Positions 25,977 to 35,904 of a DNA stretch of 64,000 nt are shown here, piece by piece (positions within the stretch are counted from its first letter, which is position 1; the number at the start of each line of letters is the position of its first letter). This DNA comes from an uncultured delta proteobacterium (GTDB taxonomy: Bacteria; Myxococcota_A; Polyangia; Polyangiales; Polyangiaceae): positions 1 through 64,000 of the forward strand of contig CAVQUB010000030.1 of NCBI GenBank assembly GCA_963716725.1, written 5' to 3'. The position numbers and the translations under genes were made by a program. The notes under the pieces were generated by a model. That model was not told the DNA's origin and ran no database searches. It saw nothing but the letters and a program-made list of their open reading frames with translations.

Positions 25977-26963
25977 GTGCGGGTGCGCGTGGCCATCGTG
26001 GTCGTCGGCGACTCAGCGAGCGAAAATGAGCGGGGCGCCGCCTTGCCCTACGCCTTCGGCCCGCGGCGCGTGCACGCCTCGTTGCTCGATCCCCGGATGG
26101 ACATCGAGGTCACCGTGATCGAGTCGCGCACGCCCGACGCCGACGTGATTTACGCCGAAATCGAGCGCTTCGATCCCGACCTGATCGGCTGCTCGGCATA
26201 CGTGTGGTCCTTCCCGACCCTGGTGGAGGTGGCACGGCGGGCCAAGGCCGCGCGTCCGGATTGCCTGGTCGTGTTCGGCGGGCCCTCGGCGCGCCCCAGC
26301 ATGTTCGGGCTCGCCCCCTTCGTGGACGGGGCCTCCAGCATCGACGCGCTCGTGCTCGGTGAAGGCGAGATCGCCATGCGCGAGATCGTGGCGGCAAGCG
26401 CCCACGGGCGAGACGCGCTCGCGAACGTGGCCGGGCTCGCGTTGCCCGACGGTGCCGGGTTCAGGCGAACATCCTGCGAACTCTACGCGACTCATCTGCG
26501 GGACGAAGACTTCGAGTTCCTGGAGGGATGCCGGACGAGACGGGTCGGTGTCGGGCTGCAATCCTTCAACGCCGCGGTGAACGCCGCGATGGGGCGTCCC
26601 TTCGATGCGGACCGCTTCATCCGTGGCCTGAGCCGCCTCGCGACGGTGGCGCCGGTCACCATCGAGATCATCCTGGGCCTGCCTGGCGACAACCCCGTGT
26701 CCTTCCGCGACACAGTCAGGCGTGCCTTGGCGCTACCGGGCAAGAACCTGCAGGTCTTTCACTGCCTGGTCTTGCCCGACGGGCTGATGACGCGCGCGCC
26801 GCCGGGATCCGATCTGCTCTTTGACCCCTTCAGCCTCGAGATGCGCTCGTGTCGCGGGTGGAGTGAACTCGACATGGGTCGTATTCGCGACGAGCTGAAC
26901 GAAATGGTCCAGCGTCGCGGCGGACGGAGTCACGACGGTGGTTGGGAGATCCCCATGGGGTGA
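25977..26963 (+). pseudogene. Cobalamin-binding radical SAM protein lacking its central CxxxCxxC region (internal deletion)
   Basis: B12-binding domain DPDLIGCSAYVWS..VFGGPSA..LGEGE, then an abrupt jump at ~26470 (GFRRT/SCELYA) to the C-terminal barrel VGLQSFN..IILGLPGD..VLPD; no CxxxCxxC motif; start codon uncertain. Confidence 0.7.
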
Positions 26964-26967
26964 GGGG

Positions 26968-27957
26968 TCACTCCGGGGACTGCTCGCGCATCAAGAAAGC
27001 GATCACCACGTGGGCTTCAGCTGTCTTGGTCGGGCCGGGGGTTCCCGTCAGCTGGCGGTACCTGGCCGCGATGCGGCGCTTCTTGTAGCTCGTGAACAGC
27101 GCCTGTGGCCCGTCGGGGTGAGGCGCCCAGGACGCCGGGCGGAGCAGTGACCGGGCCTGCTCCGGTGACATCGCGCTCTGCCCCGCCGCCACCATCCGCT
27201 CTCTCACCGTCGCAATCTCCTCCCAGGACAGCCCGAGTAGGAATTCTTGGAATGCTTGGAGGTGTTCTTCCGGGACCTCGCTGCCGAAGTGGTCGAGGAA
27301 TCGGGTGTCGGTGCCTTCGCGCAGCAAGGCAAAGAACTCACTGGTCCCCAGCGTGGTCCCGATCACCGGGCGCACTTTGTTGCGCGCGCGCCACACGGAT
27401 TCGAGCACGGGCGAGAAATCGTCGATTTCCGCGACCAATCGCCGTTCCCAGATCTCGAACAACGCACGCGCTGCCGCCGCCCGCACCGGCCGGGTGCAGG
27501 TGGTGTCGGTCATGATCGAGATGTACAGCTCTTCTCCGAGCTTCGAGTAAATCGACTGACTGATCTCTCGCTCAGCGAGCGCTCGCAACGGCTCGGGTGC
27601 GCGCGTTTCTTCGAGCGTGTAGCCAACGGACTTGAGGAAGTTGATCTTGGCGACCAGGTAGGCCTGGCCGAAGATCACCCGCACCGGCACGTGCAGGTCG
27701 AAGTCCCACTCCGGCACGCTGCACATCAGCTCCAGCAGCGTCTGGTAGGTTGCGCTGGAGCGAGGCGTCTCCATGCTGCGCAGGATCGACGGGCTGCTTC
27801 GCACGAGATCCGCGGCGCGCTCGAGGCGCTCGAGTCCCTCGCGAAGCGAACCCGCCAGATCGGGATCCACGGAACTGACGACCGCGAGCGCATCCGAGAC
27901 CAACGCGCGTTCCGATTGGTCGAGGCAGTCGTCGACAATCGCGTCCGCGCTGCGCAC
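26968..27957 (-). CDS. Hypothetical helical protein
   Basis: Long ORF with host-like codon usage; no recognisable motif. Confidence 0.6.
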   Translation of the reverse strand: MRSADAIVDDCLDQSERALVSDALAVVSSVDPDLAGSLREGLERLERAADLVRSSPSILRSMETPRSSATYQTLLELMCSVPEWDFDLHVPVRVIFGQAYLVAKINFLKSVGYTLEETRAPEPLRALAEREISQSIYSKLGEELYISIMTDTTCTRPVRAAAARALFEIWERRLVAEIDDFSPVLESVWRARNKVRPVIGTTLGTSEFFALLREGTDTRFLDHFGSEVPEEHLQAFQEFLLGLSWEEIATVRERMVAAGQSAMSPEQARSLLRPASWAPHPDGPQALFTSYKKRRIAARYRQLTGTPGPTKTAEAHVVIAFLMREQSPE

Positions 27958-27998
27958 ACGCCGAGAGTAGCAGGAAACGACGGCGCGGGCGCCGAGCG

Positions 27999-28463
27999 TC
28001 ACGGACAGTGCAGCGACGTGAGACGAGCTTGAGCGAAGCGCGCTCGGTCCGGCTGACCCTTGTTCTGGGCCAGGTTGCGTGCGTCTTCGAATAGCTGGCA
28101 GGCGCGCACAATATCCCCAGCCTTCTCCGCGCAAGTGGCGAGGTTGAGCAGCGTGCCGATGGCCACGTCGAGCGCCAGGCTCCGGGCAAAGAGCCCACAG
28201 GCGTCGTCGAGGCGTCCCTGGCTCATGGCCTCGCGCGCCTCGCGGAACAGGCTCTCGGCGCGCGAGCCCTCGCTCGGCGATGGGGACGTCCCGGGACTCG
28301 ATTCTGAGGCCGCCTCGCGCGACGGCGACGCTGGGTCAACCGTCGAGTCGCCCTGCGCGGTCGGCACGACCACTGTGGTCGACGCAGGGCGACCGTCGGG
28401 CCGCGCGCAAGCGACCGCGAGCAAAAGGAGGCCGGCAGAGAGCACGACGGCAGGCGGGGTCAC
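27999..28463 (-). CDS. Lipoprotein with TPR-like helical repeat
   Basis: LAVAC lipobox; AESLFREAREAM..G...AC..F..SL.LD...GTLLNLA.C.E..G; GTG overlaps upstream stop. Confidence 0.75.
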   Translation of the reverse strand: MTPPAVVLSAGLLLLAVACARPDGRPASTTVVVPTAQGDSTVDPASPSREAASESSPGTSPSPSEGSRAESLFREAREAMSQGRLDDACGLFARSLALDVAIGTLLNLATCAEKAGDIVRACQLFEDARNLAQNKGQPDRARFAQARLTSLHCP

Positions 28464-30046
28464 TTGGCCCCCGGCAGCGCCGACGGCGTTTGCCAAACGA
28501 GAGGCCCCGTCGCCAACTCGGTGCCGTCGCTGTCGCGGCCGCGCGCGATCAGGACCTTGCCGTCGGGGGCGAGCCCGAGGGGGCGCCCCGAGATGGTTCC
28601 CACCAGCCTTTCGGTGTCGATGTTCACCACCGCTGGCGCGGCGACGACCATCGGCGGCTCGGCGATCGAATCGAGGCTCGGCGAGAGCGCAGCCTCCAGC
28701 GGCCGCTCGGAGCTGCGATCGGCATCGTGGAGCAGCAGCGAGCGTTTGCGCCGAACCAGCGAGCGTCCGCCGTGACTGGCGAGTACCGCGTCACCCGCAG
28801 CGAGGGGCAACAGCTTCTTCTCGCTCAAGTCGAGCAGCTTGGTGTCGTTTCCTGGGTAGAGCGCGAACAGGCGCGCACGGGAGCCGTCCGTGAGATCCTG
28901 GCTCTGATGGGCGACGTCCGCGTCGAGAGCCAGCGTCTTGCCGACGGAAATGAGTTCGAGCTTCGGACGCCCCTTGGGCTTGGTGCACGCCACGACCAGC
29001 TGCTCGCGTTCGTGGTCCACGTGCACGACGCGGGCGCCGCACCTCTCGCCGGAGAGCTCCTCGGTCTTGCCCGCTCGTCGGAGCAGCAGTCTTCCAGGCG
29101 CCTCGCGCACGACGACTCCATCCCCGAGGGTGGTCACGAACCCCGGGACCGTCTCAGGCTTGCCCCCGTCGAGGGGGATCAGGCGCACGACAGGCGAATC
29201 TCCGCGGCCGACCCAAGCGTCGTAGGTCGTGACCGGTCCGCGGCAGGGGCGCGGTCCGGTCCGGGCTGGCGCCGGCCAGCTGAGCTTCTTGTCGCGATTG
29301 GTATCATCCACTACCAAACGGACGACGACGTAGCGCCCTGTCGGCTCGAACTCCACCCGCCAGATGTCTCCGTCTCCGGCTTCGAGGATCTTCTCGACGC
29401 CATCGGCGGACGCGCGCACGACGATACGCGCGTCTTTGCCCGTGCCGCGCAGGTACACGAGTCTCGAGCCGCTGGCGTCGAAGGCGACTGCGCGGTGCGG
29501 ACGGAAGGAGAGCGAGTCGTCCCGCAGATCGAGGGAATCGAGTCGCACTTCGTGCCCGGTGTCAGTGTCGATGAGGCTGGCGGCGCCCGAGCGCGTCACG
29601 ACCACCCAGCGACCGGAGTCGTCCCTCGTCAGCAAGTCGTCGATGTTCTCGCCGAGCCCGGCGCCACGGGCGAAGAAGCGCTGCACCTCGTCTCCGATCA
29701 GCTTGCCGCCCGGCCCAATTCGCGTCGAGACATTGCCGTCCCCGTCGCTGTCGGTCCGCGCTTGGCAGAACACGACCCAGCCGCCATCGCGGGCGACGGA
29801 CTCGACGACGACTGGCGCCGCCGTGCCAATCTCACCGTTGGGTGCCCGTGCTTCGCGGGCGGGGACGCCGGGGTGGGGGGGCGGCGCCGTGGGGGCGGGG
29901 GCCGCGCTCGCGCTGGTCGTGCTCGTGGCCACCGGCGGGGGAGCCGTCGGCGTTGCAGCCGGGTGCCGCGGCTCGACCGCGCACGCGCCGCTGACCGCGA
30001 CTAGGCAGAGGCCGAGTGCGGCTCCGATGACCCTCGGCGCTGGCAT
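28460..30046 (-). CDS. Lipoprotein, probable beta-propeller (TolB-like) with DxDGDG motif
   Basis: VSGAC lipobox; Pro-rich linker; repeated 'DGGWVV', 'DSGRWVV', 'DASGSRLV', 'EPTGRYVV', 'PDGKVLI' blade-like motifs. Confidence 0.65.
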   Translation of the reverse strand: MPAPRVIGAALGLCLVAVSGACAVEPRHPAATPTAPPPVATSTTSASAAPAPTAPPPHPGVPAREARAPNGEIGTAAPVVVESVARDGGWVVFCQARTDSDGDGNVSTRIGPGGKLIGDEVQRFFARGAGLGENIDDLLTRDDSGRWVVVTRSGAASLIDTDTGHEVRLDSLDLRDDSLSFRPHRAVAFDASGSRLVYLRGTGKDARIVVRASADGVEKILEAGDGDIWRVEFEPTGRYVVVRLVVDDTNRDKKLSWPAPARTGPRPCRGPVTTYDAWVGRGDSPVVRLIPLDGGKPETVPGFVTTLGDGVVVREAPGRLLLRRAGKTEELSGERCGARVVHVDHEREQLVVACTKPKGRPKLELISVGKTLALDADVAHQSQDLTDGSRARLFALYPGNDTKLLDLSEKKLLPLAAGDAVLASHGGRSLVRRKRSLLLHDADRSSERPLEAALSPSLDSIAEPPMVVAAPAVVNIDTERLVGTISGRPLGLAPDGKVLIARGRDSDGTELATGPLVWQTPSALPGAK

Positions 30047-30113
30047 GCTCGAAATGTCGTTCACAATGCCTCCGGGGCGCAAGCCCGAGGACCGATGCTA
30101 TGCTCTCGGCGCA

Positions 30114-30578
30114 ATGAACCGCTCGATCACGATGCTTGTCGCGCTGGTGGCGCTGGGCTGCGGCAGCAAAGACAACATCTCGGTCAGCGCCACGGTGAGC
30201 GACGTGAACCTCAGCGTCACGGAGAAGACCCTCGGCACCCAGCTGAGCGGGAGCTTCTCGCTTCAGCTGGAGGTCGGCGAACAGGCTGAGCGCGACGCCA
30301 CCGTCGAGCTGGGCAGCTTCTCTTTGGTTCGCGACGGCGCCACGTTGGTCGGGGCGCTGAAGGTAGTGCCCCAAGGTGTCACCTTTCCGGTGAAGGTCGG
30401 CAAGGGCCAGTCCAAGGCGATCCCGTTCACCTTGGACGACTCGGCCCTCCTTCCCGCGGGCGACAAGGCGAGCCTCTGCGCAGGAGACGTTCAGCTCGTA
30501 GGCGCCGTGACCCACGACCTGAACGGAGGCGAGACCAAGCCGCTTCGAGGCAAGCCCGGGCTGCCTTCTGGTTGCTGA
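30114..30578 (+). CDS. Small lipoprotein (Ig-like beta fold)
   Basis: [16 protein letters not shown] lipobox; beta-rich sequence. Confidence 0.65.
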   Translation: MNRSITMLVALVALGCGSKDNISVSATVSDVNLSVTEKTLGTQLSGSFSLQLEVGEQAERDATVELGSFSLVRDGATLVGALKVVPQGVTFPVKVGKGQSKAIPFTLDDSALLPAGDKASLCAGDVQLVGAVTHDLNGGETKPLRGKPGLPSGC

Positions 30579-30624
30579 CGAGAGGCGGCTGGCCAAGCCG
30601 GCCCCCCTTCGCTATTTCCATCCC

Positions 30625-32357
30625 ATGACACAAGAAGTTCGGGCCGAGCCGTCAGACGCGGGCGCATTCTCGGGCGAAGGAGAGAGTCCCGAGGGCTTGA
30701 GCGAGCTCGCGCGAGCGGTGAGCGATTGGCGCCGGCGCGACGTGGCAGCCAGCGTCGCCAAGATGCCGGCGCGCAAGGCGCAATTCACCACCTGGAGCGA
30801 CCTCGAGGTGCCCGATCTCGTGACTCCCGCCGAGCTCGATCTCGACTACGCGCGGGACCTCGGGTTGCCGGGTCAGTATCCGTTCACACGCGGCGTCCAG
30901 CCGACCATGTACCGCAGCCGCCTCTGGACCATGCGCATGTTCGCGGGCTTCGGCACACCGTCTCAGACCAACGAACGCTTCAAGTACCTGCTGCGGGAAG
31001 GTCAGACTGGTCTTTCCACGGCCTTCGATTTCCCCACCCTCATGGGCTACGACTCCGACTCTCCACGCGCGCTCGGCGAGGTCGGGATGTGCGGCGTCGC
31101 CGTGGACACCCTGCGCGACATGGAGATCCTGTTCGGGGACATTCCACTGGAGCAGGTGACCACGAGCATGACCATCAATGGTCCTGCCATCGTGCTGTTG
31201 GCCTTCTACGTTGCACTCGCCGACGTGCGCGGCATCGCCCGCGATCGCATCGGCGGCACGGTCCAGAACGACTGCCTGAAGGAGTTCATCGCCCAGCACG
31301 CCTGGTTGGTCCCGCCCCGCCCTGCCATGCGCATGGTGACCGACATGATCGAGTTCTGTTCGCAGGAGGTGCCGCGCTGGAACACGGTCAGCATCAGCGG
31401 CTATCACATCCGCGAGGCTGGTGCGACGGCTGCTCAAGAGCTGGCGTTCACGCTGGCTGACGGCCTGGCCTACGTCGACGCCTGCCTCGAGCGCGGCATG
31501 GACGTCGATGCCTTTGCGCCTCGACTTTCGTTCTTCTTCGACGTGCACAACGACTTTTTCGAGGAGATCGCCAAGTTCCGCGCGGCCCGCCGGATGTGGG
31601 CGCGATTCATGAAGGAGCGCTACGGCGCCAAGAAGGCCGAGAGCTTGAAGCTGCGCACCCACGCCCAGACCGCCGGCGTCTCGCTCGCCGCGCAGCAACC
31701 CTACAACAACGTCGCGCGTGTGGCGTTGCAGGCGCTGGCGGCGGTGCTCGGCGGCACGCAGTCGCTGCACACCAACTCGCTGGACGAGACCTACGCTTTG
31801 CCCACCGAAGAAGCGGTGACGATTGCGCTTCGCACCCAGCAAATCGTCGCGCACGAGAGCGGTGTCGCCAACACCATCGACCCACTCGGTGGCAGCTACT
31901 ATCGTCGAGTGGCTGACGAATCGCCTCGAGCAAGAGGCCCTGGACTACATCCGCCGGATTGACGAGATGGGCGGCATGGTGCGCGGCGGTCGAGAAGGGC
32001 TACCCGCAGCGCGAGATCGCCCGCAGCGCCTACGAGTTCGAGCGCAAGCTGAACCAGCGCGACCGCATCATGGTCGGCATGAACGAGTTTCAGCAGGATG
32101 AGCCCGATCGCATCCCCACGCTGAAGATCGACGAAGCGGTGCAAAAGCTTCAGATCGAAGCGCTCGGACAGGTGAAGGCGGGGCGCAGCAAGACCGAGGT
32201 CGAGGCGTCGTTGGGCGCCGTGCGCGAGGCCGCACGCGGGAGCGACAACCTGATGCCGCCGATCATCCGCGCGGCTCGTGCTTATGCCACCGAGCAGGAA
32301 ATTTGCGACGTGCTGCGCGAGGTCTTCGGGACCTACACGGACCCGGCGGAGTTCTGA
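30625..32357 (+). CDS. icmA: Acyl-CoA mutase large subunit, isobutyryl-CoA mutase-like; two single-base insertions near 31903 and 31987 break the frame
   Basis: [64 protein letters not shown]; the C-terminus is recoverable across three frames (GGSYY / [26 protein letters not shown] / [11 protein letters not shown]); no B12-binding domain. Confidence 0.8.
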
Positions 32358-32403
32358 GCGCGAGGCGTTAGGGGCCGGTCACCGAGAGCGGCGGTGACGG
32401 CGG

Positions 32404-33435
32404 TCAGCGCGCCAAGTCGATCACCAGGCGCCCTTCCAGGCCTCCACTCCGCAGTCGCCGCTGCCCGTAGTCCGCGCGTTCGAGCGGCAGTCGCTCCTGA
32501 ATGCAGATCGACAGCGGCCATCTCGCGTGCAGTTCCAGCAGCTCCGCCATGTCGTGCCGAGCGGCCCCGGCGCTGCCGCAAATGCGCACACCTCGCGTCA
32601 CGACGTAGCCGAGGTTCAACTGGGGTCGGTCGGCCGCGACGTTTCCGACCACGACCACGGTGCCGCCGCTGCGCACGGAGCGCAGCGCGGAGTTGAAGGT
32701 GGGAGGGCCGACGCAGTCGAGCGCTACGTCGACGGGCTGAGCGATCTGCTTGTGGAAGCCCGCGCCCGCATCGACGATCACTCGGTCGGCGCCGAGGCGC
32801 ATCAGATGAGGTACGTGTTTTTCGTTGCGAACGACCGCGATGACTTCTGCGCCGAGCCGCTTGGCGACTTGTACGGCGGCGTTGCCGACGCCGCCGTTTG
32901 CACCCGTGACGAGGACGCTACCCCCCGAGCGTAGCTCGCCGAGCCGGGCGAGCCCGCGATAGGCGGTGCCGAAAGTGCAGTGCAAGATGGCAGCTTCGGG
33001 TGCCGGCAGCGTCGCTGGCAAGGCGTAGAAGGCGCGCTCGGGAGCCACGAGCTCGCTGGCGTATCCGCCGTCGATGGTGAGTCCGAAGAGAGACGCGCCG
33101 AACTCGCACAACGACGGGCTTCCGCTAGCGCAGGCGCGGCAGTGGCCGCAGAACTCTCGGTGCATGCTGGCCACGCGGTCGCCCACGCGGAAGTCCTTGG
33201 CGTCGGGCCCGAGTGCGATGACCCGACCCGCGGCCTCGTGGCCCGGTGTGATAGGGATGCGGATGAACGGAAAGCGCCCGTCTCGATCGATGATGTCGCG
33301 ATAGCAGATACCGCAGGCTTCGACGGCGACGCGGATCTCGCTCCCCGCGGGCGGCGAGGGATCATCCGCCGCGGATTCAATCACGAGATCCGTCTCCCAA
33401 CCCACCGCAGTGAGTCGCGCGCGCCGCGCGGTCAT
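32404..33435 (-). CDS. Zinc-binding alcohol dehydrogenase family (MDR) oxidoreductase
   Basis: ACGICYRD, PGHEAAG, CGHCRAC..C, VLVTGANGGVG. Confidence 0.9.
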   Translation of the reverse strand: MTARRARLTAVGWETDLVIESAADDPSPPAGSEIRVAVEACGICYRDIIDRDGRFPFIRIPITPGHEAAGRVIALGPDAKDFRVGDRVASMHREFCGHCRACASGSPSLCEFGASLFGLTIDGGYASELVAPERAFYALPATLPAPEAAILHCTFGTAYRGLARLGELRSGGSVLVTGANGGVGNAAVQVAKRLGAEVIAVVRNEKHVPHLMRLGADRVIVDAGAGFHKQIAQPVDVALDCVGPPTFNSALRSVRSGGTVVVVGNVAADRPQLNLGYVVTRGVRICGSAGAARHDMAELLELHARWPLSICIQERLPLERADYGQRRLRSGGLEGRLVIDLAR

Positions 33436-33501
33436 CGAGGCCTTCGGCCGCCGCTGGAGCTGGCTTCGTCTCTGGCCATGGTGCGCGCGCAACCCGGGGG
33501 T

Positions 33502-34374
33502 TCACCCCGATGACGACGAGGGTTCATCATCGCGGGTGCTGCGGATGCCCGATCGCGGGGTGCTCGGCAAGGTGTCGGTGCGAGCTGGATTGTAGGCTCT
33601 CGGCTCCTCCGCCAGGGTCGCCGGCCGACGACTGCGCACCGCGACGATCTCGTCGGGCCCTGCGGTTGGTGGCGCGACGCTGGCCCGCTGCAAGATGCGA
33701 TCGAGCGCCTCGAGAGTGGGCTTGGTGGTCGCCAGGTGCGGCTGCGAGCCACGGCGCTTGGGGGCGCGCGCCTCTGAAATGGGTAGGGGGGCGGCTGGTG
33801 CGAGAGCGCCGAGCCTCGCTTCGACGCGCGCCCGCTCACCGAGCGACTCAACCGAGATTCGGACCTCTTCGCTCGTGCCCTCCCGTGCGAAGCGCTGACA
33901 GGCACGCACGAGCGCGACCGTGAGGTGTGACAGAAGGCGGGTCGTGCGCGGTCGACCACGCACGCCGATGAACAATACGAAGCCGTCGCGCTTCTTCGAC
34001 AGATCGAAGCCGACGGGGAGTCCCACGAACAGGTGCTCGAGTGGGGCCTGCATGCGCGCTACCGTCCCCATCAGGTCACCCGGAATGCTGAAGCCGTCTT
34101 GGGAGAGCATTCGGCCCAGCTGCTCGGCGGCCATGCGCTCGAGTAGCTGCCCACTGCCGTCGCTCAGCGCCGAGTCGAGCCCGAAGAGCAGCTCCTCGGC
34201 GTCGGCGACGTCGATCGCGTCGGCGTGGGCGGCGCCGCGCAACGTGGCTCGAACCCCGGCTCTCGATAGACGCGGCTCGAGCCGCATCACGGCCCCGATC
34301 ACCGCGTCGGCGCCCGACTCCCGCTCGAACGAGTCGACCAGGTCGCGGACGAAGCGAGCGCGCAGCCCTTGCAT
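33502..34374 (-). CDS. Hypothetical protein
   Basis: Plausible ORF MQGLRARFVRD...; low-complexity Pro/Arg C-terminus. Confidence 0.55.
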   Translation of the reverse strand: MQGLRARFVRDLVDSFERESGADAVIGAVMRLEPRLSRAGVRATLRGAAHADAIDVADAEELLFGLDSALSDGSGQLLERMAAEQLGRMLSQDGFSIPGDLMGTVARMQAPLEHLFVGLPVGFDLSKKRDGFVLFIGVRGRPRTTRLLSHLTVALVRACQRFAREGTSEEVRISVESLGERARVEARLGALAPAAPLPISEARAPKRRGSQPHLATTKPTLEALDRILQRASVAPPTAGPDEIVAVRSRRPATLAEEPRAYNPARTDTLPSTPRSGIRSTRDDEPSSSSG

Positions 34375-34432
34375 GGTCGGCCAAGCATAAGTAAGTCGCG
34401 CGGACTTGAGAACCGCCCTCGTCGCTCGCTCA

Positions 34433-35899
34433 TCATTCTGGGGCGCGAAGGTGGCAGTCGCGCTCTGCCCCCAGGCGGAGTCGCGGAAAATACATACCAA
34501 TGGCAAACGCGCCCAGCGAGAGCGCGAAGATCACCCAAAACACCGGGGACAGGCTAGCCGCCAGGACGTTGGACAAGTGATCTCGCTGGCTTTGCACGAG
34601 GCCGTCTCCACCGCCGGAACCCGCGAGCAGTCGCGCCGCATCGGCCGCCAGCGACGGATCGCGTCGCAGCGCGCCCGCCAGCACCTCCCCGAGCAGGCCG
34701 ACGGCGAGCGCCCCCCCGATGGTGCGAAAGAGCATGGTGCTTGCCGTCACGACGCCCCGCTCTCTGAAATCGACGCTGCCCTGCACTGCGATCAACGTGA
34801 CCGTGTTGGCGAACCCAAGCCCCACGCCGAAGAGCCCGCTCGCGATGCGAGGCACGAGCCGGCTCGCGCCGGGCTCCAAGAAGAGAGCGAGGCCGAGCGC
34901 CGCCAGGGTGGTCACCGCCAGCCCAGTGCGGATCAAGGGGCGGTATCCGACGCGGCCGACGAGGCGTCCCGCGAGCGCGCTCGAGAGCGGCCAGCCGATG
35001 GCCATCGGCGCGATGGCGGCGCCGGCGTCTGCCGCGGTGCCGCCGTTCACGCCTTGCACGAACAGCGGGACGAAGGTCAGCATGGAGACTAGCGCGGCGC
35101 CGATCAGCGTGCCCAGAGCCGTTGCGATGCGGATCAGCGGACGGGACAGCAGCGCCACGGAGAGCACCGGCTCGGCAGCACGACGCTCGACCCAAATGAA
35201 GGCAGCCAGCAATCCGGCCGCGATGGCGATGGCCCACGCGCCAACGCCGCCGCGCACGCCGAAGAGGATCAGCACGATGATCGCGCCCAGCATGCTCGCG
35301 CCCAGCAGATCCAGCTTGGCGTCTCGGCGCTCGACCCGCTCGCGCAGCGAAGTCGCGAGCAGGATAGCGGACGCCACTCCGAAGGGCACGTTCACGTAGA
35401 ACACCCAGGGCCAACCCACGTGGTGCACGATTGCGCCGCCCACCAGCGGCCCCAGGATCCCCGCCAGCCCCCATACCCCGCCGATCAGCCCCTGCATGCG
35501 TGCGCGCTCGTGCACGGTGAAGATGTCGCCGACGATAGTGAGCGCCATGGCTTGCATCGCTCCGCCGCCGAAGCCCTGGAGCGCGCGGGCAGCGATCAAG
35601 AACGCCATGCTGGGCGCCTGGCCCGCGGCCATGGAGCCGACCAAGAACAGCGCGATGGCGCTGAGCATCACCGGCTTGCGCCCGTAGAGATCGGCGAGCT
35701 TGCCGGCCATCGGCATGCTGACGGTCGAGACCACGATGTAGGCCGTGAAGACCCACGCATAGAGCGAAACGCCTCCGAGATCTCCCACCACCGTCGGCAT
35801 CGCGGTCGAGACCACGGTGATCTCGAGCGCCGACATGAACACGGCGAGCATCACCGCGAGGACCGTCAGCGGCCGGTGCGTCGAGGCGTCGACGGACAC
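34433..35899 (-). CDS. MFS multidrug transporter (DHA2/EmrB-QacA-like, 14 TM)
   Basis: ALEITVVSTAMP, GKLADLYGRK, RALQGFGGG, GPLVGG, WPWVFYVNVPFG. Confidence 0.92.
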   Translation of the reverse strand: MSVDASTHRPLTVLAVMLAVFMSALEITVVSTAMPTVVGDLGGVSLYAWVFTAYIVVSTVSMPMAGKLADLYGRKPVMLSAIALFLVGSMAAGQAPSMAFLIAARALQGFGGGAMQAMALTIVGDIFTVHERARMQGLIGGVWGLAGILGPLVGGAIVHHVGWPWVFYVNVPFGVASAILLATSLRERVERRDAKLDLLGASMLGAIIVLILFGVRGGVGAWAIAIAAGLLAAFIWVERRAAEPVLSVALLSRPLIRIATALGTLIGAALVSMLTFVPLFVQGVNGGTAADAGAAIAPMAIGWPLSSALAGRLVGRVGYRPLIRTGLAVTTLAALGLALFLEPGASRLVPRIASGLFGVGLGFANTVTLIAVQGSVDFRERGVVTASTMLFRTIGGALAVGLLGEVLAGALRRDPSLAADAARLLAGSGGGDGLVQSQRDHLSNVLAASLSPVFWVIFALSLGAFAIGMYFPRLRLGAERDCHLRAPE

Positions 35900-35904
35900 G
35901 GTCC

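Noticed and set aside
30625..32357. Methylmalonyl-CoA mutase label, or programmed frameshifting
   Set aside because: Specificity residues are Phe/Gln; no slippery heptamer at the shift sites, and two nearby insertions fit sequence error better
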